Origin: Tubiluchus corallicola
Lineage: Eukaryota > Animalia > Priapulida
NCBI GenBank assembly: GCA_030141605.1
Contig: JAQGDQ010000028.1
Location: forward strand, 992,001-1,056,000
Reading direction: 5' to 3'
DNA: 64,000 nucleotides
Translations under genes and position numbers: made by a program
In this document: in pieces, positions 36,601 to 48,035 of the stretch
How positions within the stretch are numbered: position 1 is the first letter of the stretch
How the letters are laid out: every line of letters starts with the position of its first letter
The notes under the pieces: model-generated
What the model was told of the DNA's origin: nothing
Seen by the model: the letters and a program-made list of their open reading frames with translations, nothing else
Databases searched by the model: none

Positions 36601-39600
36601 TATTTCATTTTTATACCATTTTAATGATTTTGAATTGCTTTCAGTGCTTCTAAGGAGAAAAATTTTATGGTTCATTATGAGGTATGATGTTTTTTTATCC
36701 TCCTCTTTTCAAAACTAAAAATTCTGTTCTCGAAAGTTTGCATAGCTGGATAAATTATATAAAAAAATTTCTAGGCTACATATGCAAATTTATATTTACA
36801 AGACATTTTTCCATAATTTCTGTTGGTAGTTTTATTTCAAGTTAAGTGATCATTGAAGATAATTAAAATTGATTTTTTGTATTTTTAACATGTGTATTTC
36901 TGTAAGAAAAATTTTAATAATAAAAAAATTTCCTTAGGGCTCTGTAATGCAAACTAGACTTACGTCTGAGATAAAAAGATTTATGGAAATTTAATTGAAC
37001 AGAGTACTTACTTTGCACCATAATCTTTTTGGTTCACAAAACAAATAGATAAGCCTCTTTGGACAAAGAATATTTAAAATTGTGTTTTTACATTTATGTA
37101 ATTTTGTGATTTAGTTTAACTTTTGATTTCGAGTCACTATAAAAGCACTTAGGCTTGCACACACCTTATCGTGGTGACGCCATGTTCAGTTTTTGTTTAT
37201 TCGATTTTGGACTTTGTGACTTAGTTTTGTAACATTCTTTGTTCAAAAGTTATTGTTATTTTTAATAATCATTCACACGATCATATGTGTCGAAACTTTT
37301 GTGTAATTATCTTGTATACTGCTTATGCCCGAAGGCATCAAATTAATTGGAAAGGAATTCATTGGGTATGGTGCGTATTCAATTTTATAGTGTTTAACTG
37401 CAGAACAGCACAGCAAAAAGTGAGCGCATTTCCAACACTCTTATTTAGCTTATAACTAATAACTATAGCTTTGTATCTAGCTTATACTTGAAATTTTTTA
37501 GTTTCCGCCATATGCGACAAACGAAACTGGTAGAGCAGGAATGATGGGACGGAGAGAGCATGGGCACGGGGCGCTTGCTGAGAAGGGACTCCTCGCTGTT
37601 GTGCCAGACAGTTTTCCTTTCACCATTCGATTGACATCTGAAGTATTCGAGTCAAATGGTGAGCAAACACAGCAAAAGATAAACATCTAATTATCTGCAG
37701 ACCCAAAATAGTAAAACTTTGTAGATTTTTTGTATTGAACGGAAACAAATTCTAACCTTACATATGTCATGTATTAGCTTTATAACATTTATTTTAAGCA
37801 AATGTCCAAAACTAAATCGCATTTTCACTCAGAGTTCACAAGCAGTAGGGGCTCTTCGCCTAGTGTAGTTTAGTGATTTAATTTCCCTAACTGATCTTTT
37901 CCCTAACACGACAACATTAATACATTACAACATAATTAACATACATTTTAGGATTGTGATTATGCATTGCTATATGTTGTGTGTTGTACGTAGCTTTATT
38001 CTTTATTCTCTTGACTATTTAGCTACTGTTTTGGATGTGGTGGTGTCAAAAGAACTCGTCTCAGTTTCTCGTCGTCGCCTTTATTTTTCTGTTCGAGGTA
38101 GCAAGAAAAACAAAAATAAACAATGCTGTTTTTGCTCTTTTTATGTAAAAGTTAATGTGGAGAACCTGAAAACTCACAGTGGGGAAAGTGTTACAGGGAT
38201 AGCCTTGTTTTCTGTCTTTTTTCAAAGTCTTGTATAAGGTCCACTTTTTACCCGATATCCACCTATTTGCTGTGACAAACGTCATTCGGAAGAAATGGCC
38301 CTTTTTATTTTAGAAAACAAGCATACCTCTGGAGAAAATAAGGATAATTAAATAAAAGAAGATGTACGAATATTATTGAAAACACACCTACATTGAACAA
38401 AATTGAAAAGTGTAATTTGGTATTTCAATTTCGTGATTGCAGTATGAGAAAACACAAAATCTTATTTAGGGCTCCACCTATTGTTTTGCTACCCCACAAA
38501 GATTGCTCGTACACTACTGATTGGGTCGCTGCCATTAATGTGTTATTTTTCTAGGATCTAGTTCATTAGCGTCTATATGTGGAGGTAGCCTTGCTTTGAT
38601 GGATGCTGGTGTGCCAATATCAGAACCTGTAGCTGGTGTTGCAATGGGACTAGTTACAAGATATGATGAAGCAAAACCAAATGAGTTAGATGAGTATAAG
38701 GTTTTGACTGATATTATGGTACGTATTCCATATAATTAAAATGTAATCTAACCTACAAAAAAGGGAATTTACTCACACAGTGCTAGTTTTTTTATATTTA
38801 GTGTATGTTGCAGTGATATCTGAGCAAAATTGATATATGAATTTTAATACTTTTTATTTGTATTGTATATACTATTAATTATTATTATTATTATTATTTA
38901 TCATTTAATTAATTATTAACATAATTTTTAAATGTTATTAATTTGGAACGTCAGTTGATTGCTTTCTAATTCTTACATCTCCACTACATTTCACTAACTT
39001 TGTAAAACCTTACCTTGTTTATTACTCTTGCAATTTTTACAACTAAATTTAGCTTTGGCTAGATTACTTTCAGTCTGGTTTAGATTGAATTTAATTGGAT
39101 CATATTAACTTGATTACCTTGAATAGTATTGTATGTTGTACAGAATCGGAGAGGAAAAGAAAATATGGGATAAGATTGGATTGAAGTTTAGATTAGGTGG
39201 GATTTGATTAAATTAGATTAGACTGAATTAGATTAGATTGGATCATATCAGATTGGATCAGTTCAAGTCAGATTAGATTATATTAGATCCAGTTAGGTAG
39301 GTAAAGTATCAGGTTATTAAGGTTAGGTCAAGTTAGGTGGAAATGCATTATTTTATATCAGCTAAAAGGTTCTGACAATTCTAAGATGTTTTTAACTGCT
39401 TTTCTTTTGCATTTGTCTTTTCTAGGGTATTGAAGACTACATGGGTGATATGGATTTCAAGTTGGCTGGCACCCGGCATGGATTAACAGCCCTTCAAGCA
39501 GACATCAAAGTACCTGGCCTGCCATTTAAAGTCATTTCTGAAGCAATTCAGCAAGCTTTTGGTAAATTTGTTATAGTGTTCTTAATGACAACTTGTTATA

Positions 39601-42192
39601 GCCTGTAGAATCAGCATAATAATTACAACACTTTGGTTAATGTGTAAACGGTTAAAAAAGTTTTCCTCTATTGGTTTTCTAAAGGTTTTCTAAGAAATTT
39701 TATGGTTTCATCCTCGTATTCTACCCAAAAGAAACGCTGTTGAAAACTTATTTTTAACAACTGCTCTTCGCTATAGCTGAAGTTCTTATCTCCACTGCAG
39801 TGGAACAACAACAATGTAATTTGTGATTAAAAATTTTCATTTTTAAAGTTGCTGCAGTAGCCATTGAAAACTTGGTGCTAGCCAAGGGTCAGTGCAGAAT
39901 TGCAGACATTACTTAGCTGTAGCAAAATAATTGACACCAAGCCATACAATTACATTGATATGTTGTTAGATAATACCTGTGATTTTAAATTTAACCAACA
40001 TTTTGTTACTCAAATCAAATGTTAATATTTTTCTAGTTGGAAAGGCGAAAATCCTTGATATAATGGATGCGTGCATAAGCAAACCTCGACCGGAAACCTC
40101 GAAAGGAAATTTGCCAGTGACAGAAAAGTTGGAAGTTCCGATGCACAGGCGGTCTAGATTTATCGGCACTGGTGGCTACAACTTGAAAAAGATTTTGTCC
40201 GAGACGGGTGTTCAGATTAGCCCTGCAGAGGACACCACTTTCAATGTTTTTGCACCAAATCAAACTGCTATGGAAGAAGCTAAGGAAGTGATCGATAAAT
40301 TACTCACAGAAGAGGTGATTTTGTTATTAATTAATAATAAATGTATACCAGTTAAGTAATCATGCTGAATTGTTAAACATCTCTGGAGAAATTAAATTTA
40401 AATATCAGGTGGCAGCACAAATGTTTTATTTTAGCATAGTGTATTGACAATTTTGTAATTTACAAAGGAGGGCAGTTGTTTGTAGTGAAAGTAAACGCAC
40501 GTAATTATCAGTGATAATCATTTAGAGTTTCTAGATTAAGATGAGAAACAAAATGGCAGACATCCTGGTCTTGCTTGTATTCATGTACATCCTCAGAAAA
40601 AATAGACAAGGCAGTATCGCAGGTGAACCTGTCCAGAAGTTGTTTTTGTTGCAGAAGGCTATTTGTCTCCTGACTAGGCTTAGCATTACTTAACTTCGGT
40701 TGCTTGAATACACACCCTAACAACTTAGTTATTTGACTTCTAACATCACCAATAGATTCCGACAGTCTCAGTGATTGAGGGGTTCCAGGACAGTGAGAAA
40801 GCAACAAACCTTGCACACCTTTTATCTCTGCTTTTTATTTTTATTACTACGTTGTCCATTTCTTGCTGCTCATGCTTATAGTCATTTACACACATTTCTC
40901 TCTATGCGCAGATAAACTGCACATAGACTAGATTATTACATTTATCAAACCAGTCCAATCTGCTTTAGCTTTTTAATACATACATGTGAATATGTAAAAT
41001 ACAGTTCATGAATTAACTAAATAAAGCTCTTGCCACTTTTCCCAATGTATTTTCATTGTAGTGCGAGAGAAGTTAGACAAAATACTGACAATTGTAGAAT
41101 TAAAACAAGAATTCCGTTGTGGATATAAGAACATAGTATTAAGACATTATATTGGTTTTCACTAATCTCAAAACTTTCTTAGCAAGCACATTAGTATTAG
41201 CATTAATATTTTGCTTATTTGCAGATTTTCATCTTGGTAGCACCTATTTGAACATGTCTTTTTCACCCTTTTGTCAGTAGTGTAACTGTTATGTCTATTT
41301 TCTTTGAGAAACATTGTTTTTATGTTGATGTATTTTTTGTTATTTAGAAAGAGCCAATATTAGAATTCGGAGCAATTTATACGGCAAAAGTCGTAGAAAT
41401 CAGGGAAGTCGGAGTTATGGTACAGCTGTATCCCAGCATGCAGCCTGCTTTGATACATAACTCTCAGCTCGATCAGCGAAAGGTACGCACCTGTGGTTGA
41501 ATTCTACCTAAACAATACTAAGTGATTAGTTCAGTTATTTATTTTTATGGCCAGTTTTGGTAACCATTACTGTTTGTACACATGACTTATAGAAAATTTT
41601 TGACACATATTAGACACTTAACGCTGAAAGTAAATCGAGTGAAAAAAACGCTATCAAAGGATTTATCATTTCAGGCCTTAGTCTTTGTAGGTTACTACAT
41701 TAACCTAGAACAAATTCAATATTTTCTGGTTCGTTTTTGTAGTAATTTTTGTAAAAACATGGTGGCTGGCACAATTGGGTTAAGTTTCATTACATTTTCT
41801 TGAATTAAATGTAGTGTGATGAATCAATTAGATGTAGGCCATGTTGACTTTCTTGAGCTTTCAAGATGTTAGTTAACATTTCATCATTGTCGTAATCTTT
41901 GACCAGAGCACACTATGATTTCAGTATTTTGCCAACAACATTTATGTTGAAATTTATATAGCAGAATTTGAATGAATGAACATTTTTTATACTCGACTTC
42001 TTACTTATTTAGATCAACCATCCAAGTGCATTAGGTTTAAAAGTTGACCAGGAAATATCGGTCAAATATTTTGGGAGAGATCCTGTTAGTGGCCGAATGA
42101 GGTTGTCGAGGAAGGTGTTGCAGACACCGGCTCGCTCTGTAATCAGAAATCTTGGAGTGTCAATAAATACGGCTCAGACAACGGGACAGTAA
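21675..42192 (+). CDS. PNPT1: Polyribonucleotide nucleotidyltransferase 1, mitochondrial (PNPase); 17 coding exons
   Basis: Phase-consistent exons: 21675-21841 (basic presequence; in-frame upstream ATG at 21630 possible), 23691-23751 (GKLARFADG), 24723-24797, 25381-25536 ([29 protein letters not shown]), 26611-26722, 27286-27399, 28115-28301, 29788-29839, 30582-30736, 31532-31705 ([17 protein letters not shown]), 36645-36681, 37502-37658 ([20 protein letters not shown]), 38555-38718, 39426-39561 ([10 protein letters not shown]), 40037-40314 (KH), 41348-41482 and 42013-42192 (S1; [16 protein letters not shown]). Confidence 0.96.
21915..23590 (-). mobile_element. Degenerate Ty3/gypsy LTR retrotransposon (pol remnants plus putative short 3' LTR) in PNPT1 intron 1
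   Basis: Minus-strand fragments: RT ([13 protein letters not shown]; SAPEVFQR; QMDNILI for YxDD; TLNEEKCVF), RNase H (VETDHKPLI), integrase Zn region ([12 protein letters not shown]), with many stops and frameshifts. Polypurine tract AGGGGAAGG (22017-22025) is directly followed by TGTA...TTACA (22016-21915). Confidence 0.88.
24083..24365. repeat. 20-bp inverted repeat followed by about 3 tandem copies of an 86-bp unit
   Basis: aaagcaacatg recurs at 24122, 24208 and 24294 (period 86). Arm 24083-24102 is the reverse complement of 24122-24141 with 2 mismatches. Confidence 0.9.
25714..26257. mobile_element. Kolobok-like MITE with long imperfect TIRs
   Basis: TTAA on both flanks. Left AAGAAAACTGGACAATT vs reverse complement of right end AGGAAAACCGGACGATT. 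A second inverted match aataattacctt / aaggtaattatt lies about 100 bp inside, with internal GTGACGT motifs. Superfamily assignment is inferred from the TTAA target and RR...YY ends. Confidence 0.65.
26741..27017. mobile_element. Tc1/pogo-type MITE remnant
   Basis: TA-CAGTCAACTCTGCTTA ... TAAGCAGAGAGTTAACTA-TA imperfect TIRs. Confidence 0.55.
29855..30029. mobile_element. Tc1/pogo (Tigger-like) MITE remnant
   Basis: TA-CAGTTAAA...ATGCCAACC vs right end GGTGGCATAAAGAGGTTTGACTG-TA; the left TIR is degenerate. Confidence 0.45.
31165..31488 (+). mobile_element. tRNA-derived SINE with simple-repeat tail
   Basis: A-box-like head (TGGTTTAGTCTAGTGG) with truncated B-box region; central GGGTCGTACC...ACTTTAAAAATGATACCTGCTGTTGCCCTGCCCGGCAC...ATTAAGGG resembling the recalled MetaSINE central domain; (TTA/TTG)n tail at about 31433-31488. 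Confidence 0.6.
32460..36159 (-). CDS. Golgi carbohydrate sulfotransferase, CHST1/GlcNAc-6-O-sulfotransferase-like, nested antisense in PNPT1 intron 10
   Basis: Exons 36159-36000 (basic tail plus type II TM helix [18 protein letters not shown]), possible optional 35670-35614, 35093-34373 ([33 protein letters not shown]), 33202-33071 (RYED), 32634-32460 (WRKRI...IEVVC..LM.LDY). Phases are consistent (1, 2, 2) with no internal stops. Confidence 0.9.
39170..39340. repeat. Degenerate (TTAGA/TTAGG)n pentanucleotide tract
   Basis: ttagattagactgaattagattagattgg...ttaggtcaagttagg in PNPT1 intron 13. Confidence 0.75.
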
Positions 42193-42933
42193 GTTATGTG
42201 AGCATTTGCTGGTGTTTTATCTTCACGAAGACATGATTATGTGGCCCGACAGTGAGAAAGCTTAACATCAAAATAATATGTTTTCTGGTAAGTTATATCT
42301 TTGACTAATCTGTTGTTTACATTTTGCAGAACAAGCTGAATTTTCAATATTTTAATTGTAATCTCACTTTAAAGCAAGGTTATCTTTTCTTGCCCATCTG
42401 CCTGTAAAGATTTTATACTTTAACTGCTTGAATCCACTTGGCATATGGTGGTCCCATGTGTAGCTGATAGTTAAAAGATAGTTGATTAACAAGACTTCTA
42501 GTAAATCATGTATATTAATTCAAGCATTGCGCAATTACTGTGATTATTATCATTTTCATGATTTCTAACAAACTCAGATTGTTTTACTGTCGCTAATTAG
42601 CTAGAGTTGCTGAACGTGATTCAACACTTACATTGTTTTGCAATGTAGTTTCCTTTAAGTTATTTTGAATAACAACCACTTTCTGTATAGTGGCGCACTG
42701 ATAATAGGTCTCACCGGCAATTTTTTGTTTTATGAAAGTTTTTGTTTTGCTAAAGTTATGAAAATGTAAAGCTCATTGAGTTTTCTTCATTCATAATCAT
42801 CAGTCACGTTTGTGTCTGTATTTTTTTTAAATGCATACCATAATTTGCCTAAACTGATCTGAAAAACTGCAGCCATATTTTTAACTATAAAATTGTATAT
42901 TATATTGTAAATATTTGTTAAATATTGTTACTT

Positions 42934-42939
42934 AATAAA
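42934..42939 (+). terminator. Candidate PNPT1 polyadenylation signal
   Basis: AATAAA about 740 nt after the stop, preceded by TGTA-containing AT-rich sequence. Confidence 0.5.
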
Positions 42940-44200
42940 TGACCATGTTTCTATTATTGTTAAAACAGCCAAAATTTTATTGCTTTCATATTTTGGTCTT
43001 ACATAGTGTATGTAAACTCTCGCATCTCGCAGTATGCTGTATACCACAGCACAGCAGCAGGTGAGAAGTTACGTATGTGAGCACATACTGACCACAAAGT
43101 TTTTAAACGTTTTGTAATGGACTGAAATTAAAAGGTTAATGCAACTGGAATTTCTGAGCCTAAAGAGCATTTTGATAGCCTTTTTGGCAGGTGCAATGTA
43201 ATAAAATTTTAAAACTGACGTTAGTCAAGTAATGCAAAAAATTGATTTCTGCAGTGTGAAAATAAGAAGTTGCTGATAGGTGGATGAATTTTTTTATTTT
43301 CAGTTTTACTTTGAAACAAATTGAAACTCACTGTACTTTCAGAATGAATGATATAGTCGAATTTTATTCACTTGTGCTCTTACTAGTTTTTGGTTTTATA
43401 ATTGAAATGATCAATTTTATTGGTCAGAAAGCTTGGCAGTTGTAAAAATTTGTGCTCAAATAAAGGGTGAACATTTCGAATCGAGGTAGTCTTACATGAT
43501 AGCGAAAAATTGGGGCTACTGTACTTGGATATAATACAAATTAGTTTGGATACGGCTCGGTACTTAAAAATGAGTGACTACTAACAGTCTGTTGCACTTA
43601 GCTAAGCAGGGTATAATAAAATTCCTGGTGCAAATTATTTATGCACAATACCCTGTGATACATTCCTACTTGACTAGGAAGCTATCATTTTATGCAGGCG
43701 CATAATCAAGTTCAGCCTTCATTTACCATACATAATCAGGGGCATTGAGGTCACCATGTGACTCAATCCGAAATAATTCAATTTGCCCCATTTTCTTCTA
43801 CATGATGTTTCATAGGTGTTGGCGGGTTGGGAGTACCTACTTCGCACTTGTGAACAATAGATTTCAAATGCAGTTGTGAATCATCACACTACTGACTTTA
43901 ATAACTCTGTAAAAACATGAGGACAACAGTTTATCTAGTATCTAAATGCATCAGTTTATTCTGCAACAATAACCCTTTCAGAAAATGTATCTATGCACTC
44001 TGATTGGTCTTATATACATTGTTAGAATCTAAACAGTTTTACAATTTAACTACCTTATATACACAGATTAAATTCGTATCATATAGATTACCTTCTCATT
44101 CTCTTGATACACAGCGCAGGAGCAGCATTTTGTGCAATGCACGCAAAGAAATGAAGCTGCTATGCTATCAAAAAGAAATTCGCGTTTAAAAAAATAGCTA

Positions 44201-44314
44201 AATACATTGTCATAATGTACTCACAACACACATAATCAATACATTGTCATAATGTATTCAAACACACGTATAATCAACACATTGTCATAATGTATTCACA
44301 ACACACGCTTAATC
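44201..44314. repeat. Minisatellite, three copies of 37-38 bp, probably in the UCP 3' UTR
   Basis: acattgtcataatgta(c/t)tca...acacac..taatc repeated three times. Confidence 0.85.
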
Positions 44315-44920
44315 GTTTGTAACAGATAAATGAAATCATAAGTGCAGTAGAAGCATTCTGCTGTACGTTGCAAACAACAGAGTATCTAATAAATTTTTGG
44401 GCTGAGCAAGAAACAACAGTGGATATAATTAATGTAAAGAGTTAAAAAATAATCATTTCATCAGTATACTGTTTCTCCTCTCTTCTGACGATTCAAGAAC
44501 TTACTAGCAATGCCAGCCAATTTTATCCGTCCTGTACAGAATTTTATCCTCTCTCTGTCACATTTTTGTTAGTCACTATTAATCAAAAGCTCCCATGTCT
44601 ATTTTTTGTTGTGCACAAGGTATATCATTCAGAATAAATGTAATGCATAGTATTCCAGTGTGCCTAACTGGATGACTCACCACTTCACATTGCACACTTC
44701 AGCTTTTCTCACATGACAAAATCCTGTACGCTAGACAGATTTTGATATATTAAAATATCACTTATCTTTTGTGAACTGAATTGAATCCTCTGAATTCTAT
44801 TCAGCATTAGTAATTAGTACAACATTATTTCTTTAGCGGGAACAGTAATGCACATCACTAACGCGCCAATTGCAAGCAGTCAATTGCAAGAACACTGAAA
44901 TCAGTATCGTGAAGCTCGAA

Positions 44921-47278
44921 TTAAGCGTTGAGGTCTGTAAGTTGTTCCGATTTCTCCCATTCAATATATGTGGGCCTAAGTACCATTACTTCTTCCGGAC
45001 CAGTGACGACCTCCCACTTGTTGGCTTCACGTTTCAGCTTTATATGAATAGGCTTAACAAACATCTGATCAATGTCGTGATCGAGTTCATAGTCATGATG
45101 GGCTGACAGGTACCCCGGCAGTGTGGCCGGTATGAAAGATGAGTCCGACACTTGCACATAATGAAATAAGCGTTTCAGTTGCTCATAGCTGACAAACATA
45201 ACAATGTTCCAAGAGCCAAGTCGCATGTAGGCTGGCAAGAACCTGGAAAAAACAAAAACCAATCATTAGTTCTGCCACTTCTAGGATTCCAATGATTTCC
45301 TCATACTGCAGACTTACCCGTGCTTCCTGATACTGCAAACTTACCTGGCAATTTCTTCATTTGTTTCTAGCACCAAAAAAATGGAATGTATATATGTCAC
45401 TCGCACAAGTTATTGCCTTTACTGGTGACAGCAATTATAAAATATTCCATTTTCACATAATCTAAACAGAAGGAATCACTCACCCCTTGTAAAAAGTGAA
45501 TATTCCCCTTTCTTTAAACATATTCATAGCACAGGCTAAGACTCCAGCATATTTTCCTGGTGGTGAATTCATGTACCTAGTTTTAACGACATCTATGGGT
45601 GAGGCAACAACAGTCGTGACGAAGCCGGCCACCAAAGCAGAGACAAAGTGACACGGCAGACGATCCTTCATGAGATTGTAAAGCAGAATGTTCTCTTTGA
45701 CAATGTCGTAGACGACCACCTCTGAAGTGTTTACTACAGCATTTCTCGTCACGTTTGGAACACAACCTGAAAAAAGTGATACCTTATTTCACAGTCACAG
45801 CTAGCTGGTTATGCTACACTTGCAGCTACAGGGACCAATAACTTTCAGAAAATCTTTTTAAATTATACTTGCAGGATTCAAGCTCTGCTAAAAATAGTGA
45901 ACCACAGCATACTAAAATGGGGTGTCAATACATCTTCAAGCCACTTAAAATGTCACTTATTGTGTTATAATGAACAATCTGATCTACAAGGTGGATAAAT
46001 CGGACTGATACCTTTCCACAGCCCTCTCCTCACTCCTTCCTCTCTTAGGATGGTACGGTAAGCATTGAATGCACCGGTGTAACGAGCCGGACCCTTTCCT
46101 TTACTCTGCGCTTGCATGCGAATCTTCACTACATCAGTGGGCTGAGCAAACAAGACAGCCATACCACCTGTGCTGACACCTGCTGCTATTCGTAATGTAA
46201 CACCAGGATTCGACGTTTTTCCAAAATCTGGAAAAAAACAGAAACACGCTTTGCAATGGCATATTGAATAAAAGTCTTTCTTTTACAAACCTTTGCTGAT
46301 ATCAATGTGGTAAAACATCTAAGCATCACACTTACTCTTCGAGTGACATTTCTTTTAAAAGCACTGCTAGTAGTGCATACCTTCTACACAGACACAAATA
46401 TTGCAAAGCTCCTTATGAAATCAGATGCACATATTAAAAGTTGCACACAACGTAGTACTTACAATCTTTTAATAGACTATTATAGAATGTTTTGACATTA
46501 TCGTATAGACCCACACGAACTGAGGCGAATGCCATCTGCCGCTGCAGACCAGCTGATATACCACTGTATAAGGCCTTTGGTCCTTCCTGTCTAACGATAG
46601 TGGTAATTGTTCCGAGCAAGCCTCGATACCTCATTGTGCCACCGCCTTCTCCCTGAACCTGTAAATAAAAACTGGCAAGTCACTTATACGTGTTTGAAGG
46701 ATGAAGTCAGTGTGATGCCCAATGTCCCTATTTAACCTATTGCCAAGACATGCACTCTGAAATCTAAAACTGCAGTCTCAGATTGTACTAATTCCTCCCT
46801 CCTCTTTGACTGCTTGAAATTGCTTACTTAGGCTGGTGCTCACCTTTTGTGATGTCACCAATCATAGTGATGTCAGGGCACATATGCAAACTTGTAAAAA
46901 TCTCATTTGCAGTCAGTAGTATTATTAAAGTCTACAAGGTAGGGCGCTTAACAGCCCTGCAACATTAGGCACTGCCAATAGTGAAACATAAAATCACATC
47001 TTTAGCAAAAACTATACGTTAGATTCAAAGACAAAATTTTAATGGTAGTAGATTACAAGAAAATTATTGCAATGTTTGTTGGCCCAATAGTTCCTATACT
47101 CCAAGAAAAAAGTCTTTGGACATCCCAAAGTCATCAAACGGCTTGCCTGTAATCTAACTTTTGCTGTGTCCAAAGGAATCGTTGCCAATTCAGCAATGCA
47201 ACCACCCATTCCGGCAGCTACCATCCGAGCTCCGATAGCTAGTGGAGGTCCTGGTTGAGTACTTGAGCTTCCAACCAT
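44921..47278 (-). CDS. UCP2: Mitochondrial uncoupling protein, UCP2/UCP3-like (SLC25 carrier), 382 aa, with extended C-terminus
   Basis: Exons 47278-47147 (MVG...[12 protein letters not shown] donor), 46658-46463 ([24 protein letters not shown]), 46227-46012 ([14 protein letters not shown]), 45766-45484 ([30 protein letters not shown]), 45242-44921 ([18 protein letters not shown] plus tail); 1149 nt total. It has three carrier signatures and core-UCP motifs. The symbol denotes the UCP1-3 core group, not proven one-to-one orthology. Confidence 0.94.
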
Positions 47279-47628
47279 ATTGGCGTTGTTGGTCTTTTGC
47301 GAAAGTCGGAAAAACAAACTTTTGTACAACGTTTATAAGAACTTGAGCAAGTATACAAAAATAAACCTGTAACAAAAAAGCATAGTACATTTAAATCTTA
47401 ATGTGCGTGACATTGAGTAATGCTTTTAATCATGTACGTGTATTTAGAAGATTCACCAACTAACGACATGAAAAAAGTTTACACATTTGCACGATATCTA
47501 ATGTCAATCACATAGCTTAGAAGAATTTTCTATTATATATTTAAAGTATTCTCAAATGCAAGATTGCCTAATATTGAAATACTGTAGTATTACAGGGTCT
47601 ATATAATGTTTCTCCGGATCTACATAAA

Positions 47629-47693
47629 AACATTGTTCATGTGGGTTTCAATGTGCAACAGAACATTGTTCATGTGGGTTTCAATGTGCAACA
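47629..47693. repeat. Direct tandem duplication, 33-bp period
   Basis: aacattgttcatgtgggtttcaatgtgcaaca occurs twice. Confidence 0.9.
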
Positions 47694-47813
47694 ATCTTCT
47701 CTAGTACATACTTGAATGAGCAGTTTATTCTGTACTTTTTGTAGAAGTAACGTCAGAAGTTTTCATGGTACCATTATGATTACAAACTAAACAATGAAAT
47801 AGTAAATACTCAC

Positions 47814-48035
47814 TGTTTGACTAGGAATTATGTGATCACAGAATATTTCTCAATTTCTGACTTTTGTAGTTTTCACAAATCAGGAGGTCTAATATTGCTG
47901 CTCTTTCTGTATGGTGAAGCACGAGCGCTACTTTTTCGCTTGGGATTGTTTGTCACGTGTTGATCAGGAACTGTGGTACTTATTTCCATTTAACTGCCAG
48001 TCGACTCAAAGCACAACAAGCTCAACTTTCAAGAT
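47814..48035 (-). promoter_or_regulatory. Predicted UCP 5'-UTR exon 2 containing a 38-aa upstream ORF (47989-47873)
   Basis: Acceptor gtaatgttgtttcAG (48037-48036) and donor A/GTGAGT (47813-47808). The ORF ATG GAA ATA...GAT TTG TGA encodes MEISTTVPDQHVTNNPKRKSSARASPYRKSSNIRPPDL. Confidence 0.55.

Noticed and set aside
39170-39340. Interstitial telomeric (TTAGG)n array
   Set aside because: Mostly TTAGA/TTGGA variants with only scattered TTAGG units; an ordinary degenerate microsatellite and not usable as taxonomic evidence.
40508-40816. 102-aa minus-strand ORF in a PNPT1 intron
   Set aside because: Non-ATG start and no recognisable domain; only a faint KLLG resemblance to LINE RT ends, which is insufficient.
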